A DNA stretch of 61,124 nt, counting the filler, from Sphacelaria rigidula (Eukaryota), in assembly GCA_964200075.2 (NCBI GenBank). It is 6 parts of 6 records of this genome, joined end to end, with 100 filler letters (N's around TTAATTAATTAA, not from the genome) between each part and the next. Parts side by side here need not be neighbours in the genome. Positions count along the whole stretch, not along the records: positions 1 to 10,105 come from CAXNAA020007133.1; positions 10,206 to 20,310 come from CAXNAA020007134.1; 4 more parts are not named here. The stretch is one strand, 5' to 3'. Position 1 is the stretch's first letter. Each line of letters starts with the position of its first letter. Positions 1-11,792 of the stretch are shown piece after piece. Under the pieces are notes generated by a model. It did not search any database. It was not told the DNA's origin and saw nothing but the letters and a program-made list of their open reading frames with translations. Both the position numbers and the translations under genes were made by a program.

Positions 1-606
1 AGTATAGCCATCGTTTTCTCCCTACTGTCTAATGCATCCAACGATTTCATGCCACCTTTGTTCACGTTGGGGCGGGGGCGGGGGGGATTCTGAATAAAAA
101 AACTCGGCTGCCAGACGTAGATAGACTTCTGAAAGTGAAGTTGGTTCACAACATTGAAAGTACGTTCCCGGACTGGGAGAAAGGCTGCATGCGGTTGTCG
201 AGATGTCCACACGGGTTGACCGCGAGTCGGGAAGATCAAACTGACATGGTGGAAAATACCGGTAAGGTCGCTGAGTTTCGGAGTTCACTGAAGAGCGCGC
301 CGTACCCTGGCGGGAGTGGTGTAGGAAAATGTCAGTCTACTTCATCAGTTGTCTGCGTACGTTGGAGCACTTCTGTAGCTACTACAGCGGCTTGCAGAAG
401 CATTCATACTGCGTTTATGTTGTTTTCCGGGTAATATGTGTATATTCTTTAATATGGCCAAGAATGAGGGTACTGGGGAGGGGTACTGTGTTGCCTGGAC
501 GGCAAGATATGCCACCGCTTGGCGCACTAGAAAACGACCATAGCGAAAGCTATTCATACAAAGATGAACACAAACGTTCCGCGGCTTGTCGCATGCTCAT
601 TGTCAG

Positions 607-3600
607 ATCCGCAAGCAGGCGCACAGTATGGATATCGAGCTTGCTGCTTTGCGAGAATGGCGTGCTCAGGTGGAGAAAACCTTGGCCCTCGCACCAAAGG
701 TGAGCGTGTGTTTCGAAGGAGCGTGTTGCATCACTGGTAATAGCCTCTACTATATCTGCATTATTTGCAAAACTCATGCTTGTCAGACTCCTCATACTCC
801 AAAAACTATGAATCATGCATTCGCCAAGGTCGCAACGCTCCGAACACGACGCATGATAGGTTCAAGAGGCTACACAGAAACAACTCCAAGCTCTGGAAGA
901 AGAAGCACGCACAAGAATCCAGTCCGACGAAGCAAGAGCTCTGCGGTTTCGGCAATCGATAGAGCGGCTGTCTGGAGAAGTACATAAGATAGAGACGCGT
1001 TGGACCAGCGAAGAAAAAGGGATGCTCCAGCGCGTTGCCAATCTTGAGGCGAGTCATTTCCCCTGGAGAATCCCATACGTAAAGTAGGGTCGCCAGATAC
1101 AACGCCTGGGGTTTAACTAACCCTTGGCCGAAGGCCGCAGCCTTTGAACGTAAACTTTCATGTTGACCGGAATGACGCCAAGACTTTCATGAACTTTGAT
1201 ATTTCCACGTTGTCTACTTTGAATTTTTCGACTTGATGGTAACATGGAGCGAGGACGATGATCGCTGATTTCTAGTTGAACTACCAACTCACTCTTAACT
1301 TGGGTTGAAGGTCGCCCTCACAGGAGAATCCAAAGGCGCGCGGGAAGCGACCAACGAACTACGGCACCGGATACAGGAGCTAGCGAATGAACGGTCGGGG
1401 TCAGCAGACAACATGATCTCACTTCAGCAGACTTTGAAGTTGGTGCAGAGCCGACAGCAGGATACTCGGTCCATGTTCATGGCCTCACGAGAGCAAGACG
1501 AGATATCCAGGAAGGAGATGCAGGTCAGGTTATCTATTTTGCCTTCAAGTCAGCACGCTACCTTCCACCGCCGTCAGTAGTCTTTCCGTTAGCACTCCTT
1601 TGGACTCGTCAATTTGTTTTGGGCGGCGGGTGTATATCCCCTCGCCGAAACCCCCCCTTAAGCTGCTCGCTGGTGCTGCCGAGCCCACTTGCTCTGGTGT
1701 AGCTTGGCACATGCCTTTGAAAGGCACTCAAAGATGAACAACAACGTTGGCGACGTCGAACCACGCTAGTGCGGACTATTCACTACATGATAACAAACTA
1801 ATGTTGCTCTAACTCATTTGTTTTTCAGCAACAACTTGCCACGCGATGTTGTATGACTTTCTCTCGACCATTCCCTGCCCGCGGAATGTCGCTGCTGCAT
1901 GTAACATTGTTTTTTTTTCTCCAGAACTCCTTGCGGGCGGCTACAGGGGAACAAGTAGCAGCTCTCAAGAGATCCCTTATTACGGAGGTTAGCACAGCGT
2001 GCGCACCGTCCGAGCACAGTCGAAACACAGGCTGCTCATCCTGCATTGGCTTCGCTAGTAGGACGAGCGGTTGTCGCGTGGTAGAAGGGAGTGCATTCAA
2101 ATACTACCCAAGAGTTTACCGTTTTCTGTGTGATTCGTATACAGGGGTCGGACAGGTTAACTGCGCCCCAAGGAACAGCACATTTACATTTTGCCGTCTT
2201 GAGGCAACAGGGCAGCCACAAGATCGAGAGCACGCCTGATACCCAACGCAGCACACCGCACAACGCACCTGCAATGCTATGGTGCTATCTTATTTTGTTT
2301 TTGACAGAATCACAGGCATCGCACGATTACTGCATGAAACTATCTTGCATTTCCCGACAACGTGCGGTGTTTCCGAAAATTCAATGGAACGCATGCAGCT
2401 GTCGAGTTTGATGGGAGGTACAGCGAAACATGAGGTGGAACGTACCGGTGTGCCTCAAGAAGTATCGGCTCTCAGAGGCCGGGTGGAGGTCGCAGAGGAG
2501 CGGCTCAGCATGATATCTGACAAGAGCTTCAAAACTTTACAGGAAGAGCTCAGCCACCTCCGTTCTGAGGTACAGTACGTTCTTGTCGTCGCTGCCTATT
2601 AACAGTACTTTTGACGCGAGCGATCGGTGCTCAAATGCTCATCCAACTTGCTAGGACCAATTCAAACGGCATTTAATGTATTGAGTTTGACGATTCGAAA
2701 TGTAAGGTAACATGAAAAATGATATAAATAACCTCGTCCTTAAGTGTTGCTACTCCGTGCGACCTAACATGAATTGGATATCGTACGCATGGTGGCGATG
2801 GGTGATGAAAGGTGATGCGATTACACCATCAACCCGAGGTCGGGCCTGTTGCTGCCACTGTGCGGGAGTTGGCTCAAAGGATGGCGTCAACACAGGCCGC
2901 AGCTCAAACTCAGCTCACCGAACTCCAGGTATCGTTGACTCTTCCATGTCATTAAACAACATACCGATATAATCTGGTTGTTGAACGTGTGCATGCGTAT
3001 TAGCTCTTGCTCATCTCACTGTACTCAAGTGGACTGGGGCTAGCTTGGCATCGCCGCATATACTGCTCACAGATGACCGTGCTTAGCAGACAACGTATCA
3101 CACAAGACTTACCACTCGGTCGAAATAGTGAGTTGAATACATGTAGAACTACGTCTATATTCTTGCAGTTATACTCGACATGTGCACATATCTCTTCTCG
3201 CCCTTGTTAATGGTATGCCTCACGAAAAGCTCCACTCCTCGTATCACGATCAATGCTATCCCTACGAAAATCTGCACGGAAACGAGTTCCCCGTCTCGCC
3301 CCCCCCCCCCCAGGGCGCGCGCGCGCGCCCACACACACACACCCACCCACACCACTGCGGACGCCCAACCCGGGCCGGACGGNNNNNNNNNNCCAAAACC
3401 GCCACCCCTCGTATCACGATCCAGCCTATCCCCCCGAAAATCTGCACGGAAACCAGTTCCCCGCCTCCCCCCCCCCCCCCGGAGCGCGCGCGCGCGCGCA
3501 CACACACACACACACACATACACAACTGCGAATGCCCAACCTGTGTCGGACGTTATACTTCCGTTGCAGGATGCCCTATCAGCTGAGATCACCGCGCGTC

Positions 3601-6600
3601 GAAGGAATGCCGTTCGACTAGCAGAAGCACAGGCAGCGACTAAGGAGGGGGGGAGAGAGTGTGTCGTGCAGGCCACAGCAAACTTGAAATCGCGTTGCTT
3701 TGAACTTGAAGAAGTGGTGAAGGGTCTAACGGCAGATATGCGGAGGACCCAGGAAGAAACTTCCTCGCAGACGCAAGTGAAGATGGTGCGGATGCATGAA
3801 CGTAACTCGAAAGCAGTCGGCAAGCTGGAAGACAGTCTGGCAGGCGAGAGTACGTACTAGTGATAGTCTTGCGGTGTTCGCGAGTGCGTTTAGATTAAGC
3901 GGACTAAGGTCGTTCGACTGCTGCAACCGATTGCTGTTCGCGATCTAAATTCTTGCCCAATGACCTGTTCCATTCAGGAAGGGATCATTCACGCAAGTGT
4001 TCCTGGCATGAGTTTATCGATACTGATAAAACTTTTTGTTAATGCAATCCGTGACGTTCCAATGAAGTCGCTGGTATGCACTGGATATCTCCGACTGTCG
4101 ATTTTCCCCAGGAGTGCGTGCTTTGATGGTGGAGCGCGAGGCAGATCTGGAAAGAAGTTTGGCCAAGGGAAACGACAGAGCCGATGAACTGGAAGGCTTC
4201 ATCAACAACAACAAAGACCTCGTGGGTGAACATTTTTAGAGTTCGCGCAAACAGAGGGTACATGTCGAACCTGCCGTCACACCGTGGTACTCGTGTCAAT
4301 AAAGTGATCAAATGTGGTGCTCAGCCAACGTGTTCCACTGGGTACGTGCTTTTTAAGTTTCCTACCATGAAAACGACGTTTTTTTCTCACACAAGCCCGC
4401 TTATGCAGGCAGGTTTTCCCACAGCCGTTCCCCGTATGGTTCTACTACGTTTTCGATGGTACCCTCAAAGTATCCCACGGTATCAACGAATTCCCCCCCG
4501 CCCCCCGAATTTCTCCTGTCAGCTACGAGAGGCTGAAGAGAGAGCGCGAAATGCCTTGACCGCGGCTGAAGCTCGTAGGCAACTGCAGGGTCAGCAGCTG
4601 AGCGACAAAGTCGACAGTGTTGTGTCACAGGAGGCTGTGAAGAGGGAAGAGCTAGAGCAGGCCATGCGGGAGCAGGCGCACGGACTCAGGGAGTCCGTGC
4701 AGGCTGGAGATCGAGCGAATAGTAGTAGGCTAGAAGCGCTGCAGGAAGCGCTGCAGAGTTTGGGACAGAAAATGCATGATGTGCTCGCTGAAGCTCTAAA
4801 AGCAGAACGCCGCGGCGTCGAAGCGATCCTCGGAAAAGCACAAGGGCAGGTAACAATAACGGGCGTAGCGGATGGCTGTACCGTTCTTGTCTTGTAGTTG
4901 TATCTCCCCCCCAAAAGATTGCAGGATACATGGTGCTGGCTCCCTCTTACACCCAAATGGCTGTTTCTACGCTATCGAGATTTTGTGAAGGTATTTTGGT
5001 AACCATTTAGACTGTCATTATCATCAAGCAAGCAGTATCCTAGTGGCATACGCGGCGCGTGCCAAAACATCGCTTTGCGCACCATATCATGCCCCACAAT
5101 ATTGAAAAGCCTGCCATACCCTGAGGAAAGTGGTGAGAAATGCACCGTTCGCAATGATCTACAAACCCCACACCAATATCTGATTTTTATTATAGCAAAT
5201 CAGCGGTGACGCCTACGGGATAATTAACAATTTCTTCCCTACTACCGTCTCCAACAGAAATAGCTAATCGGCGTAGCCTGGGCCACCCTATACGTTTTGC
5301 CCCGTAAGAAATACCAATGGTACCAACTAAGTAGCGTCCGATATGTATACCAGAACTTCAAATCAGTCTGAAAGTATGATTCTGCGTCGTTGATCCGCAA
5401 ATGTTGACTGATTATCCCCACATTAGCCGATTCGCTACAAGTTCAGCCGCGGGTACGAGATTTACTCGCCCAAGGCGAATGGGATAAACGGAAACGCTCG
5501 CTGAGGGGACCTCGAGTAGAGAGAGGACAGACCAAAAAGAGAAAGAAAAACAAGCAGGACAGACTGACAGAGACGCCAGGCTGAGATTGGTCCCGAGCAA
5601 AACAACCAACAGCCCCTCGCCAGTGCTCCACATGTTCGGCCGTGCGAAAAGCAAGGGTATGGGAAGAAGTTGGGACGTGGCTATCTGAAAAAAAAAAATC
5701 GTCATCACTTCTTCACTACCAGAAGTGAAGGAAAAAACACAAACTGATTCGAAATCGGGTTGAAAACCTGACAACGCTAATTCTTGACTTTTCTCCGTTC
5801 AGCTCGTGCGAGACTTGGATATGATTCGACTGGGCACCGATCGGGCCGCTGCCGACGGGAATGTGAGTGGACCAAGCGTTCTGGTTAGGGGCGCGGTGGA
5901 TAATTGGCACCCTTACTTTCCATCCCCGGATAAGCGTTTGAAGTTGATGATACACAGCTTGTCGTGTTTTGTGCTCCGGGGTGAGGGGTGAGCGGGGGGT
6001 GTACTCATTTGTTGCTTGCCTGAGTATGCCCCCCCGCTCACCCCTCGAGCGGGGGGAGGTCATATGAGGATGTGAAACGTTCCAAAAGCTAAGTTGCGTT
6101 TTCGTCTATATTGGAGGCATTTTTGTTTTTTACCGTATTGATTTGCATATGGTAAAATGCCGGTCATGGGTACATTTGAACTGTCTTTCGAGTCCCTCGG
6201 AGCTTTGTGTAGAGTGCCGGGGTGCTCACCTGACCGCAAGTATGAGTCACACGTTCGACGCACAAGAACATTCTGGGAAATGGTTTTCATTAAATATCCC
6301 CTCGGTCAGCGTAGAAAATTCGAACAAGATTCATGTGCGTGCGCCTTGTTCCCATTATGTAGTAGCCGGAGATCTGACACGTCCAGACTTCAGTGTCACA
6401 TACCTGCGTTGTGACAACAGTCACAGAAAACGTCACTGCAGTACAGTCGACATGTGTCCATGTATAATCGACACACTGAAGAACAACCAACATTGCATGA
6501 TACAAGCGACGACAATCGTTTTTTATCAACCTTCAATACTTCAAAGTTCCATGTGTGATTGATAGGTCACATGGGCTCCATTTCTCTAGGACGCCGCACT

Positions 6601-9600
6601 GTTGCTCTTGCTCCTGATCCAACCGTCACCAGCGTTGTTCAGTGCTATGGAGCGTTGCTACAGCGACTGTAGAGCACGCCTACCGAAACCGATAGGGAGG
6701 AGAGATGACTGCACTGTACCCTACGTATAACTTACACAAATAGATCGTCGCCGCAGGTGGGGTGAGTTGTAGAGGATTGTCCCTTCTGGATCTAAGTTTC
6801 TCGCTCGAGCTCCTTCGCTGCATGTTACGCATCCGTCATGTACACACCGCCATCCGATCGCGCTTGGAAGTAAAATATCGGTTCATCTCAGTGTGCAACA
6901 AAACTTAAATGGAGCAAGAGGAACACGGAGAGCTGAGTATGAGTACCCTAGCAGTGAGATTAATACCACGCCCGCACTCCGCGAACCAACAGACAATGCG
7001 GCAGCGCATTCAAGCCGAGGAAACGGCACGGGTAAACGAAGTGCAGAGTTTATGGCATGCCTTATCGGGGCAGGGAGATCAGTCGGAGGCAAGGATACGC
7101 TTTTGGACGGAGAACCGTCTGCAAAAAGAACGAGCAGGTGCTACACACGAAGGACAATCCAGAGTGCTGTGGGGCGGGCGGGCGGGCGGGGCGGCGGGGG
7201 AAAGGGAAGGGTATCAATATCTTGTATGCCATAGCTGTTAGACTGACCGCGCGTCCTCCAGCAAACGAGGTACGACACGGGGGCAAGCTACGCCACTCTC
7301 GAAAGTCCTGAAGATACACAAACATATGATGAATCCGCGTTTCGATTTGTTCTTGCGTGAAGCCTTAATCGAGACAGCACATCTCGAGTCGCCATTGTGT
7401 AGCGAAAACGGAGGCTGGGTGGTCATGAATTTCGTGGCCGAACATGCTCTCCCCGGAACGAGAGTAGAATTCCGCTTACCTGTGTGTCGTCGAGATTTTT
7501 CAAGGGCCTAGTAAGGTATATTTTCTCTAACTGGACACACGAAAACCGGTTTCCCCCGTGGCTCAGTTTGTAACCTCGAATCCCCCTGACGGGTGGGTCG
7601 TGGGTTCGAATCTCGGTGCAGTCACCCGATACTGGGTTTTTATCACAATCCTCAACAGTGGAGAGCGACTATGTCGTGGGGACACGAAATTCGGCTTCAC
7701 GGTCGACGAGGGAACGGGAAAACTGGAAACCTCTCGCGATAAAAAATAAGAGAAGCACCATAGAAGGAAGGTGGAGAACTACAACAAAAGAAAAGGGTGA
7801 AGAAGAAATTTTGTGTTCGCCTTCCTCTTGTGTGACCCCGGCTGATGCGCTTACATATACCGAAAGGTGAACACTGGCGTCCGCAATATATGGGATGACA
7901 ACAACAACAACAACAATAACAACAGCAACAGCAACAGCAACAGCATTTGTGAATTAGTCTGCGAGACAGAAAATACAGGGATAGCCCAGTCCCGCTTATC
8001 CTCCCTTCCCCCCAGCTCCCCAGCAGAAAAACAAGTACCCAGCCTTCACACGGCTTTGTCATAAAATCGTCTATGTGTGGAATGGTTGTTACCCTGGTCA
8101 TGACGGAAGCACTCTGTCAAACCCATGAGATGACCGCAGACACGGCGCATTTTTTCTTGTCGTCACCGTTGAGTTACGCCCTCCATGCCCCCCCGTATCA
8201 ATGGGCGACCTTCGACGGTAAGGTACCGAGGAAGCGTTGCAGAGAGCTCAGGCGCACAGCGACATTGTTCGAGCGCTGCTCGACGAAGCCGTCAAAGCCG
8301 TAACGAAAGAACTGGGCACCGTTCGATCAGAGTGTAGAGGTCGAGACACCATGCTTGAACAAGTGCTAGACGAACGGTTTGCAGTGGTGGAGGAGCGAGT
8401 TACTCAAGTCGACAGTGGGGCGGCGAAGAAGCGCCGACTGAGCGACATGGGAAAAGAAACAGGGTTGCGTTTTGGGGGCGTGGAGCGCAGATTACGACAG
8501 GTATACAGTACCAGAACTAACCTACTAGCGGTGAGCACTACAGTAGCGACGAACTAGACTGCCGTAAGCATTACAGTAGCGATCAAGTAGACTGCCAGGA
8601 TTACAGGCCTTACCGCACGCGTTGCCAGAGGGGTACTAGCGAGACTTTGGCAACATATTTTTGTCTGCAGGATGTGTGAAAACGCCCAAACCTCCTGTTC
8701 AACGCACACGGGCCTCCAATATACTGGTGCCCCCGTGGAAAATTTTTACTCTGGCTGGGTAAAGACAAACATGATTTTCGAACCGAACCCAAGTTAGGTT
8801 CTGTATGCTGAGAAGCATGATGATAGCGAGTGATTGACTGAGGGCCTTCATATTATGGTGATTGATTGATTGGTTGATCGATTGTCGCACTTCAACTGAG
8901 TACAATGCTATCCCCATATCAACACAACATAGCACCAGGTAGAAGTCAGGCATACTGTCCGCGGGTCACACAACGTCTGATTGAATCGTGCGAGTCGAAG
9001 CGCGACTCACCTTGGTGTACAGAGCCAGGACTTACTCTGACCTTCTCTAGAGTCTGTCACCATGAGAAAGGGGTTCTAACGAAAAACAACAGAATTATGT
9101 AATCTATCAGTTCTGCAAATAATATGAAAGCAAGAGATATGTCCGAACTGTACGACTTGTTTTCCTGTCATCAATCCACTTTTCATTACACGCAGGCAGA
9201 GCAGGATCTCAAAGACGAGCTGGAGGTAAAGCTGACCGTCACATCCCTCGTATGCAGCGTCACCGAACGCGACTCTGACCAAAGACTAGTAGACCGTACT
9301 GCGGAAAATTCGCACACGGAAGCACTACACGAGACCAAGACCACGGTAAGAGAGGATGACTTGAGAGCAGAGTTTGACAGCATAAGCGCCCTCGTTAACA
9401 AAGTCCAGATCGACCTTGCCGCAGCGACGGGGGATCAAAAACAGGCCATTCATGATTTGAAGACGGACCTAGTTGGGCGCATCAACGAGCTCGAGGCTAT
9501 GGCGGAGGTATGGCGTTTTCAAATATACGCAGTCGTGGTATCAGCGGACAACGCATCTCCGGATGAACTGTGGATTTCGGTCACGAATACCCAACGTACT

Positions 9601-9972
9601 CTAAATCTTCTAGCGACATTCCACGTTGACTACGTGCATGCGATATCATGAACGTTTTGACAGCAGCGCAAGAAGTGCGGTGAGCTGACTCCATTACTCT
9701 CTGCTGTCTCTGACTTCTGCTTTCCCCGCACGCCATAATCGCAGACGGTCAGAGTTGAAGCCAAGGCAGCAGCTACCCAAGCTTTTTCAGCACGGAAACA
9801 AGGCAAATCGTCAGCCGCTGGAAGTGAAGGGACCGATCCGACCAGACCAGAAACAAACGAAGAGGTGGCTGAGAATGAATCTACATTCGGGTTGAAAGGC
9901 CGGATGCATAAAAACGGTGCTCAAGAACGGTGTACACCAGCGGAATCGACCGTCCTTCAAGTTCTAGGTTAA
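607..9972 (+). CDS. Multi-exon gene (5'-partial) for a long alpha-helical coiled-coil protein of unknown function
   Basis: Phase-compatible exons assembled by eye: 607-699, 860-1048 (GC donor GAG|gcgagt), 1311-1523, 1925-1987, 2399-2569, 2812-2928, 3570-3849, 4112-4221, 4523-4849, 5803-5862, 6993-7137, 8223-8500, 9196-9507, 9745-9972 (TAA). The spliced product is E/Q/R/L/A-rich heptad-like sequence (e.g. VQEATQKQLQALEEEARTRIQ, LREAEERARNALTAAEARRQLQ, DALSAEITARRRNAVRLAE). Some boundaries and possible extra exons are uncertain. Confidence 0.8.
3232..3540. other. Duplicated ~150-bp segment flanking a 10-N gap (probable assembly artefact)
   Basis: ctcgtatcacgatc...gaaaatctgcacggaaac..gttccccg...(gc)n(ac)n..ctgcg.a.gcccaacc occurs on both sides of the Ns at 3383-3392, around homopolymer/dinucleotide runs. 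Confidence 0.7.
5983..6046. repeat. Intronic inverted repeat (~25-bp stem, 13-nt loop)
   Basis: gaggggtgagcggggggtgtactca ... tgagtatgcccccccgctcacccctc. The internal actcatttgttgcttgcc also occurs at 40819-40836, so it derives from a dispersed repeat end. Confidence 0.7.
7546..7945 (+). mobile_element. tRNA-derived SINE, family 1 (full-length copy)
   Basis: Pol III A-box-like gtggctcagtttg and B-box ggttcgaatct. Conserved body ttcacggtcgac...agcacc..agaaggaaggtggag...tgtgtgaccccggctgatgcgc...atgggatga, then a (CAA/CAG)n tail. Homologous copies at 21773-22160 and 33226-33450. Confidence 0.8.
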
Positions 9973-10105
9973 CACATGATCCTGTTAACAACCTTTCCTC
10001 ACGTTCGGTAGGATGTACAGTCGAGCAAAACGCGGTATTTCACCACCCCCACTCCACCCCCCCCACGACACCGGCGCACTGTCGCTAAACGACAACAACC
10101 ACATC

Positions 10106-10205
10106 NNNNNNNNNNNNNNNNNNNNNNNNNNNNNNNNNNNNNNNNNNNNTTAATTAATTAANNNNNNNNNNNNNNNNNNNNNNNNNNNNNNNNNNNNNNN
10201 NNNNN
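10106..10205. other. Artificial contig linker N44-TTAATTAATTAA-N44
   Basis: 100-bp six-frame-stop spacer repeated identically five times in the window. Confidence 0.97.
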
Positions 10206-10636
10206 GGTCGTGTAAAAGCTTCAATGACTTCGTCCGCGAGCACCTCGAGGCGCGAACACCACGCCGGGGGGGGGGGGGGGGGGGGGGGGGGGACCCGTTA
10301 ACCCTCAGCCAGCGACCCCCTCCCCCGCAGGAGGGCTGAGATGGACTATGCCACATTTGGGGTTCAGAGCAGCTCTTTTGTCGCTACACAAAACGCTTTT
10401 CTTCATAGACATGAGAATGTTGGAAATCACCATAGAAAATATTCGCGGAGACCTCACCGGTTTTGACCTCGCAGCCAAATTGCGTGCAGGGTCAGCGTGT
10501 GTGCTGCATGTCTCGGCTGGATGGAAGAAACAGTCAGCATGCCATTGCTTTCCACTGAACATAGTCTACTTCATGCTGTCGATGTTTCTGCTTCGCAAGA
10601 AAACTAGTGTCGAGATATACTGGCAACCCGCTCGTT

Positions 10637-11792
10637 CAGGGATGAGTGCGGTGCTAGTCGTGAGGAGTGTGGCCCCTCGCGGGCGCCGCAACCAACCCGC
10701 GAAAACGAAATCAGCGACGACGATCGCGAGATGGATCCAGCACCAGCAGCGCCACAAAGAGAGACGAGTGAAGCAGGAGCAGCAGGCCCGGACCCCGTGA
10801 TGCCACGAACTGTGCAAAAGTCCTGAAGTGCGTTTTTTCAAATCCCGGAGGCCACCACCAAGGCGCGCGACAGGGCAATAGCGAAGAGGACACGAGAGCG
10901 GGCGGCGACCGTGATTGGCAACACTGAGACCTCGTCGGCGCCTGCCAAAGACGCCACCATCAGCAGACCCCGCAAACATGTCTTCAGCGCGAGCAGGAGA
11001 GAGGAGGGGCAGGTCAACGCCAAACGGCGCCCGTTCAAGTCGAAAGGTGGCCCGACGCCTTTCAAGCACAAGCCCAATTCAAAACTCACCGTGTTCGATC
11101 GTCTGAAAGAGTTCCCGAACAACAGCTTCGTTCGGTTCGAGAACGGAAAGCTGGCATGTTCGGCCTGCACCCACAAGTTCATCGACCGCATCAGGAGGAC
11201 CAAGATCAGCTTGCACTAGTTGATCTTAGTCTTTCTGATGTGGTCGATGAACTTGTCGGCGCAGCTCGACCACACTAGCTTGCCGTTCTCCCGCCGAACC
11301 AAGCCGTTGTACGGGAACTCTTTCAGACGATTGAACACGGTGAGTTTTGAATTGGGCTTGTGCTTGAAAGGCGTCGGGCCACCTTTCGACTTGAACGGGC
11401 GCCATTTGGCGTTGATCTACCCCTCCTCTCTCCTGCTCGCGCTGAAGACATATTTGCGGGGTCTACTGATGGTGGCGTCTTTGGCAGGCGCTGAAGAGGT
11501 CTCAGTGTTGCCAATCACGGTCGCCGCCCGCTCTCGTGTCCTCTTCGCTATTGCCCTGTCGCGCGCCTTGGTGGTAGCCTCCGGGATTTGAAAAAACGCA
11601 CTTCAGGACTTTTGCGCAGTTCGTGGCATCACGGGGTCCGGGCCTGCTGCTCCTGCTGCGCCCGTCTCGCTTAGTGGCGCTGCTGGTGCTGGATCCATCT
11701 CGCGATCGTCGTCGCTGATTTCGTCTTCGCGGGTTGGTTGCGGCGCCCGCGAAGGGCCACACCACTCACGACTAGCACCGCACTCATCCCTG
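10637..11792. repeat. Spacerless long inverted repeat (2 x 578 bp) of a transposase-gene 5' region
   Basis: cagggatgagtg (10637) pairs with cactcatccctg (11792). The axis is at 11214/11215 in aagatcagcttgc|actagttgatctt. The arms are colinear with no net indel and roughly 93% identical by eye. Confidence 0.95.
10700..11219 (+). pseudogene. N-terminal fragment of a hAT-type transposase with CGGBP1-like zinc finger (left arm; mirrored on - strand in right arm)
   Basis: LTVFDRLKEFPNNSFVRFENGKLACSACTHKFIDRIRRTKISLH resembles, from memory, the DR..EF...GKL.C..C......RK..I..H zinc finger of CGGBP1/hAT transposases. There is an in-frame TGA upstream in both arms, and the ORF is truncated at the palindrome axis. 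Confidence 0.55.

Noticed and set aside
3155-3860. Overlapping 130-226-aa ORFs in several frames
   Set aside because: They are open only because of low-complexity C/GC/AC runs and an N gap. Only 3570-3849 is a credible exon.
10150-10161. TTAATTAATTAA recurring every ~10.2 kb as a biological periodic motif or piggyBac TTAA site
   Set aside because: It is always centred in 44+44 Ns, so it is a synthetic six-frame-stop linker.
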